This document shows positions 19,425 to 29,589 of a DNA stretch of 60,743 bases, one piece after another. A model generated the notes under the pieces. The model worked only from the letters and a program-made list of their open reading frames with translations. It searched no databases and had not been told where the DNA came from. Source of the DNA: Candidatus Woesearchaeota archaeon. Its GTDB lineage: Archaea; Nanobdellota; Nanobdellia; Woesearchaeales; JAGVZT01. A program made the translations under genes and the position numbers. Numbering within the stretch: the stretch's first letter is position 1; each line of letters begins with the position of its first letter. The stretch lies in NCBI GenBank assembly GCA_018302335.1, contig JAGVZT010000046.1, positions 1 to 60,743 of the forward strand, given 5' to 3'.

Positions 19425-19535
19425 TCAGAAGAGCTCTTCCAGCTCGGGAATCTCCTCGACAATCACCACTTCCTGCTTCTCGATGCGCTTCCAGACCTTC
19501 TTTCCGGGTATCTTCTCGAAGTACCGCCGTTTCAT
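19425..19535 (-). CDS. 36-aa microprotein MKRRYFEKIPGKKVWKRIEKQEVVIVEEIPELEELF
   Basis: GGAGG Shine-Dalgarno 8 nt upstream; host-like codons; basic N-half and acidic C-half. Confidence 0.6.
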   Translation of the reverse strand: MKRRYFEKIPGKKVWKRIEKQEVVIVEEIPELEELF

Positions 19536-19982
19536 TCTCGCTTCCTCCGTCAGTGCCTTGCATGCCTGCCGAATAACTCAAGCACATGCCTCAGCAGCCA
19601 GGCATTCAACCACCGAACGATGTTGTCCAGCATAGTCAGTTCGCGCTCAGGAGCAACCTGAACACTCCACCGGTGTACATGCTTTGCATCACCACCTGCT
19701 CAGAAGACTCTGCTCGAAGGTGCATGATTTTCATGAGGCGGCGCCGCACGGTATTCACCCCCTGCTCTTTACCATTCCTTTATATGTTTTTGTATACTGC
19801 TTCTGTGTATATGATAATAGCATACCAAGTATATAAATTTATTCTCGCTTAAAACGAATGGGGCTTCCATCCTATCCCTGCGGAGAACGCGAAACAAGGA
19901 TGCCATCATGGGAGGGAAAGATTAAAGAGCGGGCTATCCGATTCGGAATATGCCGGATACCCGGAAAGGTGCTGCTCTACAC

Positions 19983-19998
19983 CGAAAACTATTTAAAA
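19983..19998 (+). promoter_or_regulatory. BRE/TATA promoter upstream of the tRNA-rpo cluster
   Basis: CGAAAA-CTA-TTTAAAA. Confidence 0.6.
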
Positions 19999-20095
19999 GG
20001 GTTGCAAACCTTCGTTGCGGTGGTGCCCCGCCAGTTTCTCACGCATGGAAGCGAATGCGCTGTCCATTCCTGCGGGGGTCCTTCTCATGACGCGC

Positions 20096-20192
20096 GCCCT
20101 GGTGGTGTAGCCTGGAACTCCTCTCCGAGGAGCAGCAGCTATCATGAAGCCCTGTCGAGGCTTCGACCCGGGTTCAAATCCCGGCCAGGGCG
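20096..20192 (+). tRNA. trnD: tRNA-Asp(GTC) with an approximately 22-nt D-loop intron (20117-20138)
   Basis: Acceptor GCCCTGG/CCAGGGC, anticodon arm AAGCC-CTGTCGA-GGCTT, T arm CCGGG-TTCAAAT-CCCGG; insert contains a CTCCTC/GAGGAG hairpin. Confidence 0.92.
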
Positions 20193-20241
20193 TCAGGAAC
20201 GCGCTGCCCGGGCTGTCCGGGCAGGGCGCTCTCATGAGTAT

Positions 20242-20346
20242 GGGCCGGTAGCTCAACCTGGTAGAGCACCTGACTTTTAATCAGGTGGTTGCGGGTTCGA
20301 ACCCGCCGCCCAGAGATGAGCGGCGGAGAACATCCCGTCCGGCCCA
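20242..20346 (+). tRNA. trnK: tRNA-Lys(TTT) with a 31-nt T-loop intron (20302-20332, position about 59/60)
   Basis: Acceptor GGGCCGG/CCGGCCC, CCTGA-CTTTTAA-TCAGG arm; GCGGG-TTCGAA[insert]T-CCCGT; insert contains a CCGCCGC/GCGGCGG stem. Confidence 0.92.
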
Positions 20347-20366
20347 TAATGGTCAGCGGTGGAAGC

Positions 20367-20720
20367 ATGGCGGCAAAGAAAATCAAGGCGGCGAAAAAGG
20401 CTCCACGGCCTGCTCGGAAGGCGGTCACGGTGAAGAAGGGCGTGCCCAGGGCGCGCAGGCCGATGCTTCCTCAGATCGACATCCGTCCGCACCAGCTCGT
20501 GCCCACGCACGAGAAGGTCGCGGAGAAGGAGCGTACCGCAATCCTTGAGCGCCTGTTCGCTTCGCTCAAGGAGGTGCCCCGCATCTCCATCAAGGATCCC
20601 GGCATCCGCCACCTCGAGCCCAAGCTGGGCGACCTGATTCGCATCTCCCGAAAAAGCCCCACTGCGGGCCGCACGGTCTATTACAGGGTGGTAAGCCAAG
20701 GGACGGTGAGCAATGTATAA
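20367..20720 (+). CDS. rpoH: RNA polymerase subunit H (Rpo5)
   Basis: HQLVPTHE, VPRISIKDP, GDLIRISRKSPTAG..YYRVV; Lys/Ala-rich N-terminal extension. Confidence 0.93.
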   Translation: MAAKKIKAAKKAPRPARKAVTVKKGVPRARRPMLPQIDIRPHQLVPTHEKVAEKERTAILERLFASLKEVPRISIKDPGIRHLEPKLGDLIRISRKSPTAGRTVYYRVVSQGTVSNV

Positions 20721-22194
20721 GCCCAATATCCTGGTGCAGAAATATTTCGAGCATGAGATGTTCACCCGCTCGGACATCGAGTCCTTCAACACCTTCGTCG
20801 ACGTCGAGCTTCCGCGCATCATCGAGGAGAACCGGGAGATAGAGCCCACCATCATCCCGCACAACATCGACGAGTTCAAGATACGCTTCGACAAGATATG
20901 GATACAGAAGCCCGAGATCATCGAGGCCGACGGCTCCCAGCGCAAGATTTACCCCACCGAGGCCAGGCTCCGGGAGATCACCTACGCTGCCCCGGTATTC
21001 ATCCAGGTCAGTTCCCACATCAACGGAGCCCAGCGCGAGTCCTTCACCACCCCTATTTGCAACCTGCCCATCATGCTCAAGTCGAAATACTGCCACCTCT
21101 ATGGCCTGAGCGCCGAGGAGCTTGCAGGCAAGTGGGAGGACCCCGACGATCCCGGCGGATACTTCATCATCAACGGCAGCGAGAAGGTCCTCGTGAAGAT
21201 TGAGGACCTCGCGGCCAACAAGCTTCTGGTCGCGAAGCAGAGGAGCGGGCCCGCGGGATACGAGGGCAAGCTCTTCTCCGAGCGCGGCTCGTACAAGATT
21301 CCCCACACCCTGGAGCTGATGAAGGACGGCATCCTCTACGTCACGTTCACGAGGATAAAGCGCGTTCCGCTCATTGTGGTCATCAAGGCGCTCGGCATCA
21401 CCAAGGACGAGGACATCATGAAGCTCATCGGCAACGAGCATGTCTTCGACCAGGTCTACCTGAACCTCTACGAGTTCACGGCAATCAAGAGCGCCGATGA
21501 CGCGCTGGACTTCATCGCCAAGAAGAGCGGCATCTCCCAGTCGCGCGAGATACGCGTCGAGCGCATCCGGGGCATCCTCGACAAGTACCTGCTGCCCCAC
21601 CTCGGCACCTCGCCCCAGGAGCGGGCGGTGAAGGCGTACAACCTCTGCAAGCTGATGAAGCGGTATCTCCTCGTGGTCGCGGGAGTGCTTCCGGAGGACG
21701 ACAAGGACCACCTGATGAACAAGCGCGTGAAGATGTCCGGCGACCTGCTCGCGGACCTCTTCAGGGTGAACCTCAAGCTGCTCATCGGGGATGTCCTGTA
21801 CAACTTCCAGCGGATAGTGAAGCGCGGCAAGTTCCCGAGCATCAAGGTCATCATCCGGGAGAAGCTGCTCACCTCCCACATCCACAGCTCCATGGCCACC
21901 GGGTCGTGGGTGGGGGGAAGGAAGGGAGTCAGCCAGCGCATCCAGCGGCTGAACTACCTGGAGATGCTTTCGCACCTTCAGCGCGTGGTGTCCCCGCTGA
22001 GCGCGACCCAGGAGAACTTCCAGGCGAGAGAGCTGCACCCCACGCAGCTCGGGAGGCTCTGCCCCATCGAGACCCCTGAGGGAACGAACATCGGGCTGAA
22101 GAAGAATCTCGCGCTGCTCGCCAGCGTGACGCAGGATTACGCGGAGGAGAGAGCCCTTGCCTCGCTTCGCGAGCTCGGGCTGAAGCAGGTCTGA
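20713..22194 (+). CDS. rpoB2: RNA polymerase subunit B''
   Basis: PTEARLREITY, DPGGYFIINGSE, DKDHLMNKR, GRLCPIETPEG. Confidence 0.97.
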   Translation: MYKPNILVQKYFEHEMFTRSDIESFNTFVDVELPRIIEENREIEPTIIPHNIDEFKIRFDKIWIQKPEIIEADGSQRKIYPTEARLREITYAAPVFIQVSSHINGAQRESFTTPICNLPIMLKSKYCHLYGLSAEELAGKWEDPDDPGGYFIINGSEKVLVKIEDLAANKLLVAKQRSGPAGYEGKLFSERGSYKIPHTLELMKDGILYVTFTRIKRVPLIVVIKALGITKDEDIMKLIGNEHVFDQVYLNLYEFTAIKSADDALDFIAKKSGISQSREIRVERIRGILDKYLLPHLGTSPQERAVKAYNLCKLMKRYLLVVAGVLPEDDKDHLMNKRVKMSGDLLADLFRVNLKLLIGDVLYNFQRIVKRGKFPSIKVIIREKLLTSHIHSSMATGSWVGGRKGVSQRIQRLNYLEMLSHLQRVVSPLSATQENFQARELHPTQLGRLCPIETPEGTNIGLKKNLALLASVTQDYAEERALASLRELGLKQV

Positions 22195-22196
22195 CC

Positions 22197-23996
22197 ATGG
22201 CAGAAGTCTATCTCAACGGGCGGTACGCAGGCACGGTACAGGACGCCGCGGCGTTCGCACAGCGCTTCGTGGAGCATCGTAGGAAGGGCGCCATGCCGCC
22301 GAAGGTCAACGTGCACCTCAACAAGACCGGCGACATCGAGGTGGAGACCGGCGGCGGTCGCCTCGTCAGGCCTCTCATCGTCGTGCGCGAGGGCAAACCC
22401 ATGCTCACCGAGAAGCACGTGAAGCAGCTCCAGAAGGGGGAACTGAACTGGGAGCAGCTCGTGAAGGAGGGCGTCATCGAGTACCTCGACGCTGGGGAAG
22501 AGGAAAATGCCCTCGTCGCGTTCACCGAGGAGGAGCTCTCCCCGAAGCATACCCATCTGGAGATAACGCCGCTGGCCATCATCGGGCTGTGCACTTCCCT
22601 GGTGCCCTACGCGAACTTCTCTCCCCCGGCGAGAGTGAACATGGGCTCCAAGAACCAGAAGCAGGCCGTCGGCCTCTACGTGAGCAATTTTCACCTGCGC
22701 ACCGACATGGACGTCAATATCCTGAACACCCCCCAGACCCCGCTGGTGCGCAGCATCATGCACTCCATCTCCGAATACGACAAGCATCCCGCCGGCCAGA
22801 ACGTCGTGGTGGCGGTGATGAGCTACCAGGGCTACAACATGGAGGACGCCATCGTCCTGAACAAGTCAAGCCTGGAGCGCGGCTTCGGCCGCAGCACGTA
22901 TTTCCGGCCCCTGAAGGCCGAGGAGCTGCGCTACTCGGGCGGCCTCGTGGATGAGATTGGCATCCCGGACAAGGACGTCAAAGGATACAAGAGCGAGCAC
23001 GACTACCGCTACCTTGAGCAGGATGGCATCATCTTCCCCGAGGCCCAGGTGAAGGAGGGCGACATCGCCATCGGGAAGACCTCGCCGCCCAGGTTCCTGA
23101 GCAGCATCGACCAGTACAATCTCTCCCTGGACACGAGACGCGAGAGCAGCGTCGGACTTTCGCACGGAGAAGAGGGCATCGTGGACCTCATCCTGCTCAC
23201 CGAGAACGCAGAGGGCAACCGCCTCGTCAAGGTCAAGGTCCGTGACACCAGACTACCGGAGATAGGGGACAAGTTCACCTCGCGTCACGGACAGAAGGGC
23301 GTGGTCGGCCTCATCGTGCCGGAGGCGGACATGCCCTTCAGCGCCAGCGGCATCATCCCGGACATCATCTTCTCTCCGCACGGCATCCCTTCGAGGATGA
23401 CCATCTCACATCTCATCGAGATGCTCGCCGGCAAGGTCGGGGCCCTGAAGGCCGACTTCGTGGATGGCACGATATTCAGCGCCGAGCCTGAGGACCGGCT
23501 GCGCCAGGAGCTGCTTCGCCTGGGCTTCCGGGAGAACGGCGTCGAGATGATGTACAACGGCCACAGCGGAGAGGCGTACCAGGCCAAGATATTCATCGGC
23601 GATATGTACTACCTGAAGCTCAAGCACATGGTCGCGAACAAGATACACGCGCGCGCCAGGGGCCCCATCCAGCTGCTCACCAGGCAGCCGACCGAGGGCC
23701 GCGCCAAGGAGGGCGGCCTTCGCCTGGGAGAGATGGAGAAGGACACCTTCGTCGCCCACGGGGCGTCGCTCCTCCTGAAGGAGCGCTTCGACTCCGACCG
23801 CACCGTCATCCCCATCTGCGAGGAATGTGGGATGGTCGCGGTGCACGACGCGTACAGGAACAAGTCCTACTGCGTCACGTGCGGCGAGGGGGCGCAGATT
23901 GACTTCATCGAGATTAGCTACGCGTTCAAGCTCATCATGGACGAGATGAAGAGCCTGTGCATCTACCCCAAGCTGGTGCTCAAGAGGAAGTGGTGA
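22197..23996 (+). CDS. rpoB1: RNA polymerase subunit B'
   Basis: GYNMEDA, GDKFTSRHGQKG, LKHMV, RQPTEGRAKEGGLRLGEME, zinc ribbon. Confidence 0.97.
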   Translation: MAEVYLNGRYAGTVQDAAAFAQRFVEHRRKGAMPPKVNVHLNKTGDIEVETGGGRLVRPLIVVREGKPMLTEKHVKQLQKGELNWEQLVKEGVIEYLDAGEEENALVAFTEEELSPKHTHLEITPLAIIGLCTSLVPYANFSPPARVNMGSKNQKQAVGLYVSNFHLRTDMDVNILNTPQTPLVRSIMHSISEYDKHPAGQNVVVAVMSYQGYNMEDAIVLNKSSLERGFGRSTYFRPLKAEELRYSGGLVDEIGIPDKDVKGYKSEHDYRYLEQDGIIFPEAQVKEGDIAIGKTSPPRFLSSIDQYNLSLDTRRESSVGLSHGEEGIVDLILLTENAEGNRLVKVKVRDTRLPEIGDKFTSRHGQKGVVGLIVPEADMPFSASGIIPDIIFSPHGIPSRMTISHLIEMLAGKVGALKADFVDGTIFSAEPEDRLRQELLRLGFRENGVEMMYNGHSGEAYQAKIFIGDMYYLKLKHMVANKIHARARGPIQLLTRQPTEGRAKEGGLRLGEMEKDTFVAHGASLLLKERFDSDRTVIPICEECGMVAVHDAYRNKSYCVTCGEGAQIDFIEISYAFKLIMDEMKSLCIYPKLVLKRKW

Positions 23997-23997
23997 C

Positions 23998-26571
23998 ATG
24001 GAATACGAAGGCGTCATCAGCAAGAAAGTCGGCAAGGTCGCGTTCGGAGTCCTGAGCCCCACTATCATCAAGAAGATGGCCTCCGCGAAGATCGTGACGC
24101 CAGAGCTCTATGACAAGGAGGGCTATCCTGTCGACGGCGGCCTCATGGACATCCGCCTTGGCGTCATCGACCCCGGGCTCAGGTGCAAGACCTGCGGCGG
24201 CAAGATCAAGGAGTGCGTGGGCCACTTCGGGTACATCGCGCTCGCCCGCCCCGTCGTCCACCTCAAGTTCGTCCCCACCCTGCTCCGCGTCCTCCGCGGC
24301 ACGTGCAGGGAATGCTCGCGCGTCCTCCTCCCCCAGGCAGACATCAAGAAGGCGCAGGAGGAGATGGAAGCAGGGTTCCTGGACGGCGGCGTCGAGGGGA
24401 AGCGGGATGCCCTGCACACCATCAAGAAGCGCATCAAGAACTCCGGGAAGTGCCCCCACTGCAAGGCTGTGCAGATGAAGGTCATGATCGAGAAGCCCAC
24501 CTCGTTCACCGAGAACGAGAAGCGCATCAATCCCATCGAGTTGCGCGCCCGGCTCGAGAAGATTCCGGACGACGACTGCGAGGTCCTGGGGCTCAGCGCG
24601 AAGGCCGTGCGCCCGGAATGGCTGGTGCTCACCGTGCTGCCCATCCCTCCGGTGCCGATGCGGCCGAGCATCACCCTGGAGACCGGGGAGCGGAGCGAGG
24701 ACGACCTCACCCACAAGCTGGGCGATATCGTGCGCATCAACCAGCGGCTCTTCGAGAACATCAACGCCGGCGCTCCGGAAATCATCATCGAGGACCTCTG
24801 GGACCTCCTGCAGTACCACGTCACGACGTTCTTCGACAACAGCGTCCCGCAGCTTCCTCCGGCCCGGCACCGCAGCGGCCAGCCGCTCAAGACGCTGACC
24901 GAGCGCATCAAGAGCAAGCAGGGCCGCATCCGGCACAACCTCGCGGGCAAGCGTACCAACTTCTCCGCGCGCACCGTCATCTCGCCGGACCCGATGATTA
25001 ACCTCAACGAGGTCGGCGTCCCGAGCATCATCGCCATGAAGCTCACCGTGCCCGAGCGCGTGACGCCCTGGAACACGGAGTACCTCCGGGCGTTCGTGGA
25101 GCGCGGCCCGAAGAAGTACCCCGGCGCGAACTACGTCGTCCGGCCCGACGGAAAGAAGAAGAAAATCACCGATGAGACGCAGGAGCAGCTCCTTGAGGAG
25201 CTCCAGCCAGGCTACGTGGTGGAACGGCATCTCCTGGAGGGAGACATCGCCATCTTCAACCGCCAGCCCTCGCTGCACCGGATGAGCATGATGTGCCATC
25301 GCGTCCGCGTGCTGCCGTACAAGACCCTGCGACTGAACCCAGCGGTATGCCACCCGTACAACGCGGACTTCGACGGGGATGAGATGAATCTGCACATCCC
25401 GCAGACCGAGGAGGCGCGAGCCGAGGCGGAGATTCTCATGGAGGTCTCCACCCAGCTCATCTCGCCGAGATACGGGCTGAACGTCATCGGATGCATCCAG
25501 GATGCCATCAGCGGCAACTATCTGCTCACGAGGTCGCTGTCGTACTCCTTTGAGGACGCCGTCCAGCTGCTCGCCAGGGTCGGCATCGAGGACTTCTCCC
25601 GCCTCCCCCGGAAGAAGGAAGTGAGCGGAAAGGAGGTCTTCAGCGCCCTGCTGCCACCGGACTTCAATTTCACGGGCGCCGCCAGGAAAGGCGAGGCGGT
25701 CATCATCCGCGGCGGCAAGCTCACCGAGGGCGTGATGGACCGTCAGAACCTCGGTGAGGGGTCTGGACTGATGTTCCGGAACTTCCACAGGCGCTACGGC
25801 GCGCAGCAGACCCTGGAGCTCATCGGCAACATCTTCCGCCTTGGCAACTTCGTGCTGCTCGACCACGGCTTTTCAACGGCCATCAGCGACACGGACCTGC
25901 CGCAGGAAGCGAAGGAGCAGATACAGCACATTCTCGAGGAGGCCCACCGCGAGGTGGAGGAGCTCATCGTCCTCTTCCGTCAGGACAAGCTGGAAATCCT
26001 CCCCGGCCGGACGCGCAGGGAGACCCTGGAGTTGAAGGTTCTGGAGACCCTGAATAAGGCAAGGAACAGCACGGGCAAGGTGGTGAGCGATTCCACCCAT
26101 CGGGAGACTGCGACGCACGTGATGGCCATTTCCGGCTCCAGGGGCAATTTCCTCAATCTTGCCCAGATGGCAGCCTGCGTCGGACAGCAGGCCATGCGCG
26201 GACGGCGCATCGACCGCGGCTACGTGGACCGGACGCTGTCCGCGTTCGGACGAGACGACCTCACTCCCGCGGCCAGAGGCTTCATTCGAAGCGGCTTCAA
26301 GGGAGGGATGAACCCCTCGGAGTTCTTCTTCGGCTCCATGACCGGAAGAGACTCCCTGATGGACACCGCTCTCAGGACGCCGAAGAGCGGGTACCTCTAC
26401 CGCAGGCTGGCGAACGCCATGCAGGACCTGCGCGTCGAGTATGACGGCACCGTCCGGGACGCGGCCGGAAAGATTATCCAGCTTGTCTATGGAGAGGACG
26501 GCATCGACGTCTCGAAGTCCGAGAAAGGTGTGCTGGATGTGAAGAAGATCATCGCGGAGGTGATTGAATGA
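23998..26571 (+). CDS. rpoA1: RNA polymerase subunit A'
   Basis: [13 protein letters not shown], catalytic [23 protein letters not shown]. Confidence 0.98.
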   Translation: MEYEGVISKKVGKVAFGVLSPTIIKKMASAKIVTPELYDKEGYPVDGGLMDIRLGVIDPGLRCKTCGGKIKECVGHFGYIALARPVVHLKFVPTLLRVLRGTCRECSRVLLPQADIKKAQEEMEAGFLDGGVEGKRDALHTIKKRIKNSGKCPHCKAVQMKVMIEKPTSFTENEKRINPIELRARLEKIPDDDCEVLGLSAKAVRPEWLVLTVLPIPPVPMRPSITLETGERSEDDLTHKLGDIVRINQRLFENINAGAPEIIIEDLWDLLQYHVTTFFDNSVPQLPPARHRSGQPLKTLTERIKSKQGRIRHNLAGKRTNFSARTVISPDPMINLNEVGVPSIIAMKLTVPERVTPWNTEYLRAFVERGPKKYPGANYVVRPDGKKKKITDETQEQLLEELQPGYVVERHLLEGDIAIFNRQPSLHRMSMMCHRVRVLPYKTLRLNPAVCHPYNADFDGDEMNLHIPQTEEARAEAEILMEVSTQLISPRYGLNVIGCIQDAISGNYLLTRSLSYSFEDAVQLLARVGIEDFSRLPRKKEVSGKEVFSALLPPDFNFTGAARKGEAVIIRGGKLTEGVMDRQNLGEGSGLMFRNFHRRYGAQQTLELIGNIFRLGNFVLLDHGFSTAISDTDLPQEAKEQIQHILEEAHREVEELIVLFRQDKLEILPGRTRRETLELKVLETLNKARNSTGKVVSDSTHRETATHVMAISGSRGNFLNLAQMAACVGQQAMRGRRIDRGYVDRTLSAFGRDDLTPAARGFIRSGFKGGMNPSEFFFGSMTGRDSLMDTALRTPKSGYLYRRLANAMQDLRVEYDGTVRDAAGKIIQLVYGEDGIDVSKSEKGVLDVKKIIAEVIE

Positions 26572-27701
26572 AACTTCCCTCCGACCTGAGGAAAGAGTAC
26601 GCCCAACGCCTGCCAGAGAGCGTTATCAAGAGCCTTGAGGAGGAGTTGCCTGACAAGATAGCGCAGGCAAAGGTCGAGAAGATACTCCAACGCACGGTTG
26701 AGGAATACGAGCGGATGCTTGTCGAGGCCGGAGAGTGCGTGGGACTGGTCGCCGCGGAGAGCATCGGAGAGCCGGGCACCCAGATGACCCTGGACACCTT
26801 CCACTTCGCGGGAGTCTCGGAGATGAACGTCACCGTCGGGCTTCCTCGCATCATTGAGATCCTGGATGCGAAGAAGAACATCACCACTCCCATGATGGAG
26901 ATCTACCTCAAGGAGCCGTACAGCAAGGGGAAGGACATCCGGCAGAAGGCGCTTGCCATCAAGGAGACACGCCTCGGGGAGATTGTCAAGAAGTTCGTCA
27001 TCAATCCCATGGAGCTGCGGATGGACATCACCCTTGACACCGAGAGGCTCACCGAACTCGAGATGAGCCCGGCCGACCTGAAGAAGGGGCTCAAGCAGGC
27101 CTTCAAGCAGTTCAACGTCGAGGCCGAGGGGGACCTGGTGGTCATCAAGGGAGGCCGCGGGAAGGCTGACCTCAAGGACCTCTACCGGGTGAAGGAGAAG
27201 TTGCGACAGGCCTTCATCAAGGGGGTGAAGGGTGTCAAGCAGGTGCTGCCCATCAAGAAGGGCGAAGAGTTCATCATTGTCACCGCGGGCACCAACCTCC
27301 GGACGGTGCTGGCCCTCGACTTCGTCGACATGACGCGGACCATCTCCAATGACATCCATGAGGTAGCCGAGGTGCTCGGCATCGAGGCAGCGCGCCAGGT
27401 CATCATGAACGAGGTCCTCAAGGTCATCGACACCCAGGGGCTGAATGTCGACGCGAGGCACATCATGCTCGTCGCCGACACGATGTGCGTCCTCGGAGCC
27501 ATCAAGGGGATCACCCGCTATGGCGTCGTCCAGGAGAAGAGCAGCGCGCTCGCCCGCGCCAGCTTCGAGACCCCCATCAGGCACCTCGTGCGCGCCGCGG
27601 TCATCGGAGAGGAGGATCTGCTCACGTCCGTGGTGGAAAATGTCATGCTGAACCAGCCAGTGCCGGTCGGGACCGGGCTGCCGAAACTCGTCGCAAAATG
27701 A
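26568..27701 (+). CDS. rpoA2: RNA polymerase subunit A''
   Basis: [38 protein letters not shown]. Confidence 0.97.
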   Translation: MKLPSDLRKEYAQRLPESVIKSLEEELPDKIAQAKVEKILQRTVEEYERMLVEAGECVGLVAAESIGEPGTQMTLDTFHFAGVSEMNVTVGLPRIIEILDAKKNITTPMMEIYLKEPYSKGKDIRQKALAIKETRLGEIVKKFVINPMELRMDITLDTERLTELEMSPADLKKGLKQAFKQFNVEAEGDLVVIKGGRGKADLKDLYRVKEKLRQAFIKGVKGVKQVLPIKKGEEFIIVTAGTNLRTVLALDFVDMTRTISNDIHEVAEVLGIEAARQVIMNEVLKVIDTQGLNVDARHIMLVADTMCVLGAIKGITRYGVVQEKSSALARASFETPIRHLVRAAVIGEEDLLTSVVENVMLNQPVPVGTGLPKLVAK

Positions 27702-27970
27702 AATCCACAGAGCTAGAGACGGAAATCAAGGGGTACCGCAAGCAGGACAAGCTGTGCTTCGGCATCAGGGAGACAAAGGAGCTCCTCACCCAGGGACAGC
27801 TGAGCAAGGTGTACCTCGCGGCGAACTGCCCTGACGGGACAAAGAGCGACCTCGTGCACTTCGGCAAGCTCGCCCAGGTGCCGGTGGAGACGCTCCAAGT
27901 GCCGAGCGATGAGCTGGGCGTCATCTGCAAGCGGCAGCACACCATCCTGGTGCTGGGCCTGCGAAAGTGA
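27698..27970 (+). CDS. rpl30e: Ribosomal protein eL30 (L30e)
   Basis: [23 protein letters not shown]; canonical operon position. Confidence 0.9.
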   Translation: MKSTELETEIKGYRKQDKLCFGIRETKELLTQGQLSKVYLAANCPDGTKSDLVHFGKLAQVPVETLQVPSDELGVICKRQHTILVLGLRK

Positions 27971-28380
27971 GCCGCGTCCGATTCGACACGTCGCTGATGC
28001 AGGCCATGGCCCTCTTCGAGCAGACGACCGGCGCGAAACTCAAGGACTGCATCCAGGCCGGCGACGCGCTTCTTTTCGTGGTGGAGCCGCAGGAGATGGG
28101 CCGCGCCCTCGGGAAGAACGCCCAGAAGCTCCACCAGCTTCGCTCGCTTTTTAAGCGAAAGATTAAAATACTGGAATTTGACCCCGACGTTGCGCAGTTC
28201 GTGCGGAATCTCCTCTACCCGCTGCGGCCGAGGGAGGTGGCCATCCACGAAGACGTGGTGGTCATCGACGGCGGCGACCCGGAGACCCGCGGCCGCATCA
28301 TCGGCACGGGGCACCGGAATCTCCGGGAGCAGGAGGAGATAGTGCAGCGGCACTTCCCTGTGCGGCTGAAGGTTGTGTGA
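27967..28380 (+). CDS. nusA: Archaeal NusA (KH domains)
   Basis: [27 protein letters not shown]; operon position. Confidence 0.92.
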   Translation: MSRVRFDTSLMQAMALFEQTTGAKLKDCIQAGDALLFVVEPQEMGRALGKNAQKLHQLRSLFKRKIKILEFDPDVAQFVRNLLYPLRPREVAIHEDVVVIDGGDPETRGRIIGTGHRNLREQEEIVQRHFPVRLKVV

Positions 28381-28381
28381 C

Positions 28382-28819
28382 ATGGCGAAGAAGGCATACG
28401 GAATGCATGCGGGCGGCAAACTCCAAGCGAGGAGGCACAAGTTCCTCTGGAGCGACCCCTACTACAAGCGCCGCGTGCTGCGGCTCAAGAAGAAGAGCGA
28501 CCCGCTCGGGGGCGCATCGCAGGCCAAGGGCATCGTCATCGAGAAGACCCAGCTGGAAGCCAAGCAGCCGCACTCCGGGATGCGGAAGTGCGTCCGCGTG
28601 CAGCTCACCAAGAACGGCCGGCAGGTCACGGCATTCTGCCCGGGCGACGGGGCAATCAAGATGATTGACGAGCACGACGAGGTGCTCATCGAATGCATCG
28701 GCGGGAACAAGGGGCGCGCCAAGGGCGACATCCCCGGCGTCCGGTGGCAGGTCATCCATGTGAACGACCAGAGCCTCCAGGCCCTCCTCTCCGGCAAGCT
28801 GGAGAAGGCACGGCGCTGA
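28382..28819 (+). CDS. rps12: Ribosomal protein uS12
   Basis: [43 protein letters not shown]. Confidence 0.96.
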   Translation: MAKKAYGMHAGGKLQARRHKFLWSDPYYKRRVLRLKKKSDPLGGASQAKGIVIEKTQLEAKQPHSGMRKCVRVQLTKNGRQVTAFCPGDGAIKMIDEHDEVLIECIGGNKGRAKGDIPGVRWQVIHVNDQSLQALLSGKLEKARR

Positions 28820-28915
28820 GCCGCTTAAAAACCCTGTTGAAGCCACAACATTTAAAAAGGCAGGGGGGTTCCGCTTATCACTGGCGTTTCTTGCGCCTAT
28901 GGAGCTATTCTCCTC

Positions 28916-29245
28916 ATGTCGACCGAACTTATTGATTTCAGCAAGCCGATGATTGTGTTGCGCGTCGGTGAGAAGCTGCGGAAGCCATACCACAAGAAGC
29001 CTTTCATCTACATCGACAAGAGCACTCTGGGCTCCGAGAAGCACTTCGTCACCTTCCTGAACGACGAGTCCCGGAGCTGGGACAACGGCACCTACATCCT
29101 CAAGGCAGCGCGGCAGGGAGACACTCTTCAGGCCCCGACGTTCGCCTTCGCGCAGTTCCAGCGCGAGGATGGCAAGGTGCGCGCCCTGCAGAATGGCAAC
29201 GGCCAGTACCTCTGCTGGGAGTTCTTCCGGAGGAAACAGCCATGA
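28916..29245 (+). CDS. Hypothetical protein
   Basis: Host-like codons, GGAG upstream, TTTAAA promoter near 28851. Confidence 0.75.
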   Translation: MSTELIDFSKPMIVLRVGEKLRKPYHKKPFIYIDKSTLGSEKHFVTFLNDESRSWDNGTYILKAARQGDTLQAPTFAFAQFQREDGKVRALQNGNGQYLCWEFFRRKQP

Positions 29246-29409
29246 GCGTTGAGGACCCGACAAGGAAGCTGAAGCAGGTCGAGCATCGCATCTCCATCCT
29301 CGAGTGGGATGCGGAGATGAACCAGATTCATCCCTTCCGATTGCACCAGCTCAAGGAGCTGAAGGCCGAGGCCGCGCAGCTTCGCGAGCAGTGCGAGAAG
29401 ACGGAGTAG
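29242..29409 (+). CDS. 55-aa coiled-coil protein MSVEDPTRKLKQVEHRISILEWD...
   Basis: ATGA overlap with the previous gene; heptad pattern; not in the ORF track. Confidence 0.7.
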   Translation: MSVEDPTRKLKQVEHRISILEWDAEMNQIHPFRLHQLKELKAEAAQLREQCEKTE

Positions 29410-29459
29410 CGTTCCGCGTCGTCTCGCAGTCATGACGATGATGCTCAGCAGTGCGGCCG
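29410..29459 (-). repeat. Dispersed palindromic repeat, partial copy
   Basis: Reverse complement CGGCCGCACTGCTGAG...GCGAGACGACGCGGAAC. Confidence 0.65.
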
Positions 29460-29589
29460 ACACTCTTTCTGTCCGCGGCGCAGTAAGTTTTAAATATCCA
29501 CTCCGTGGCTGATGGCAGAATCAGAGGGGAAACTCAATGTGGTGCGATATCCTGTGCTACGTATAGTTCTCTCCTCCTGAGGTGAGTCC

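Noticed and set aside
20242-20312. tRNA-Lys as a 3'-truncated pseudogene or integration scar
   Set aside because: A perfect 3' acceptor strand is present 31 nt downstream, consistent with an intron.
20713-27701. Split RNA polymerase B and A subunits as a novelty
   Set aside because: Normal for many Euryarchaeota and DPANN; no intein is evident.
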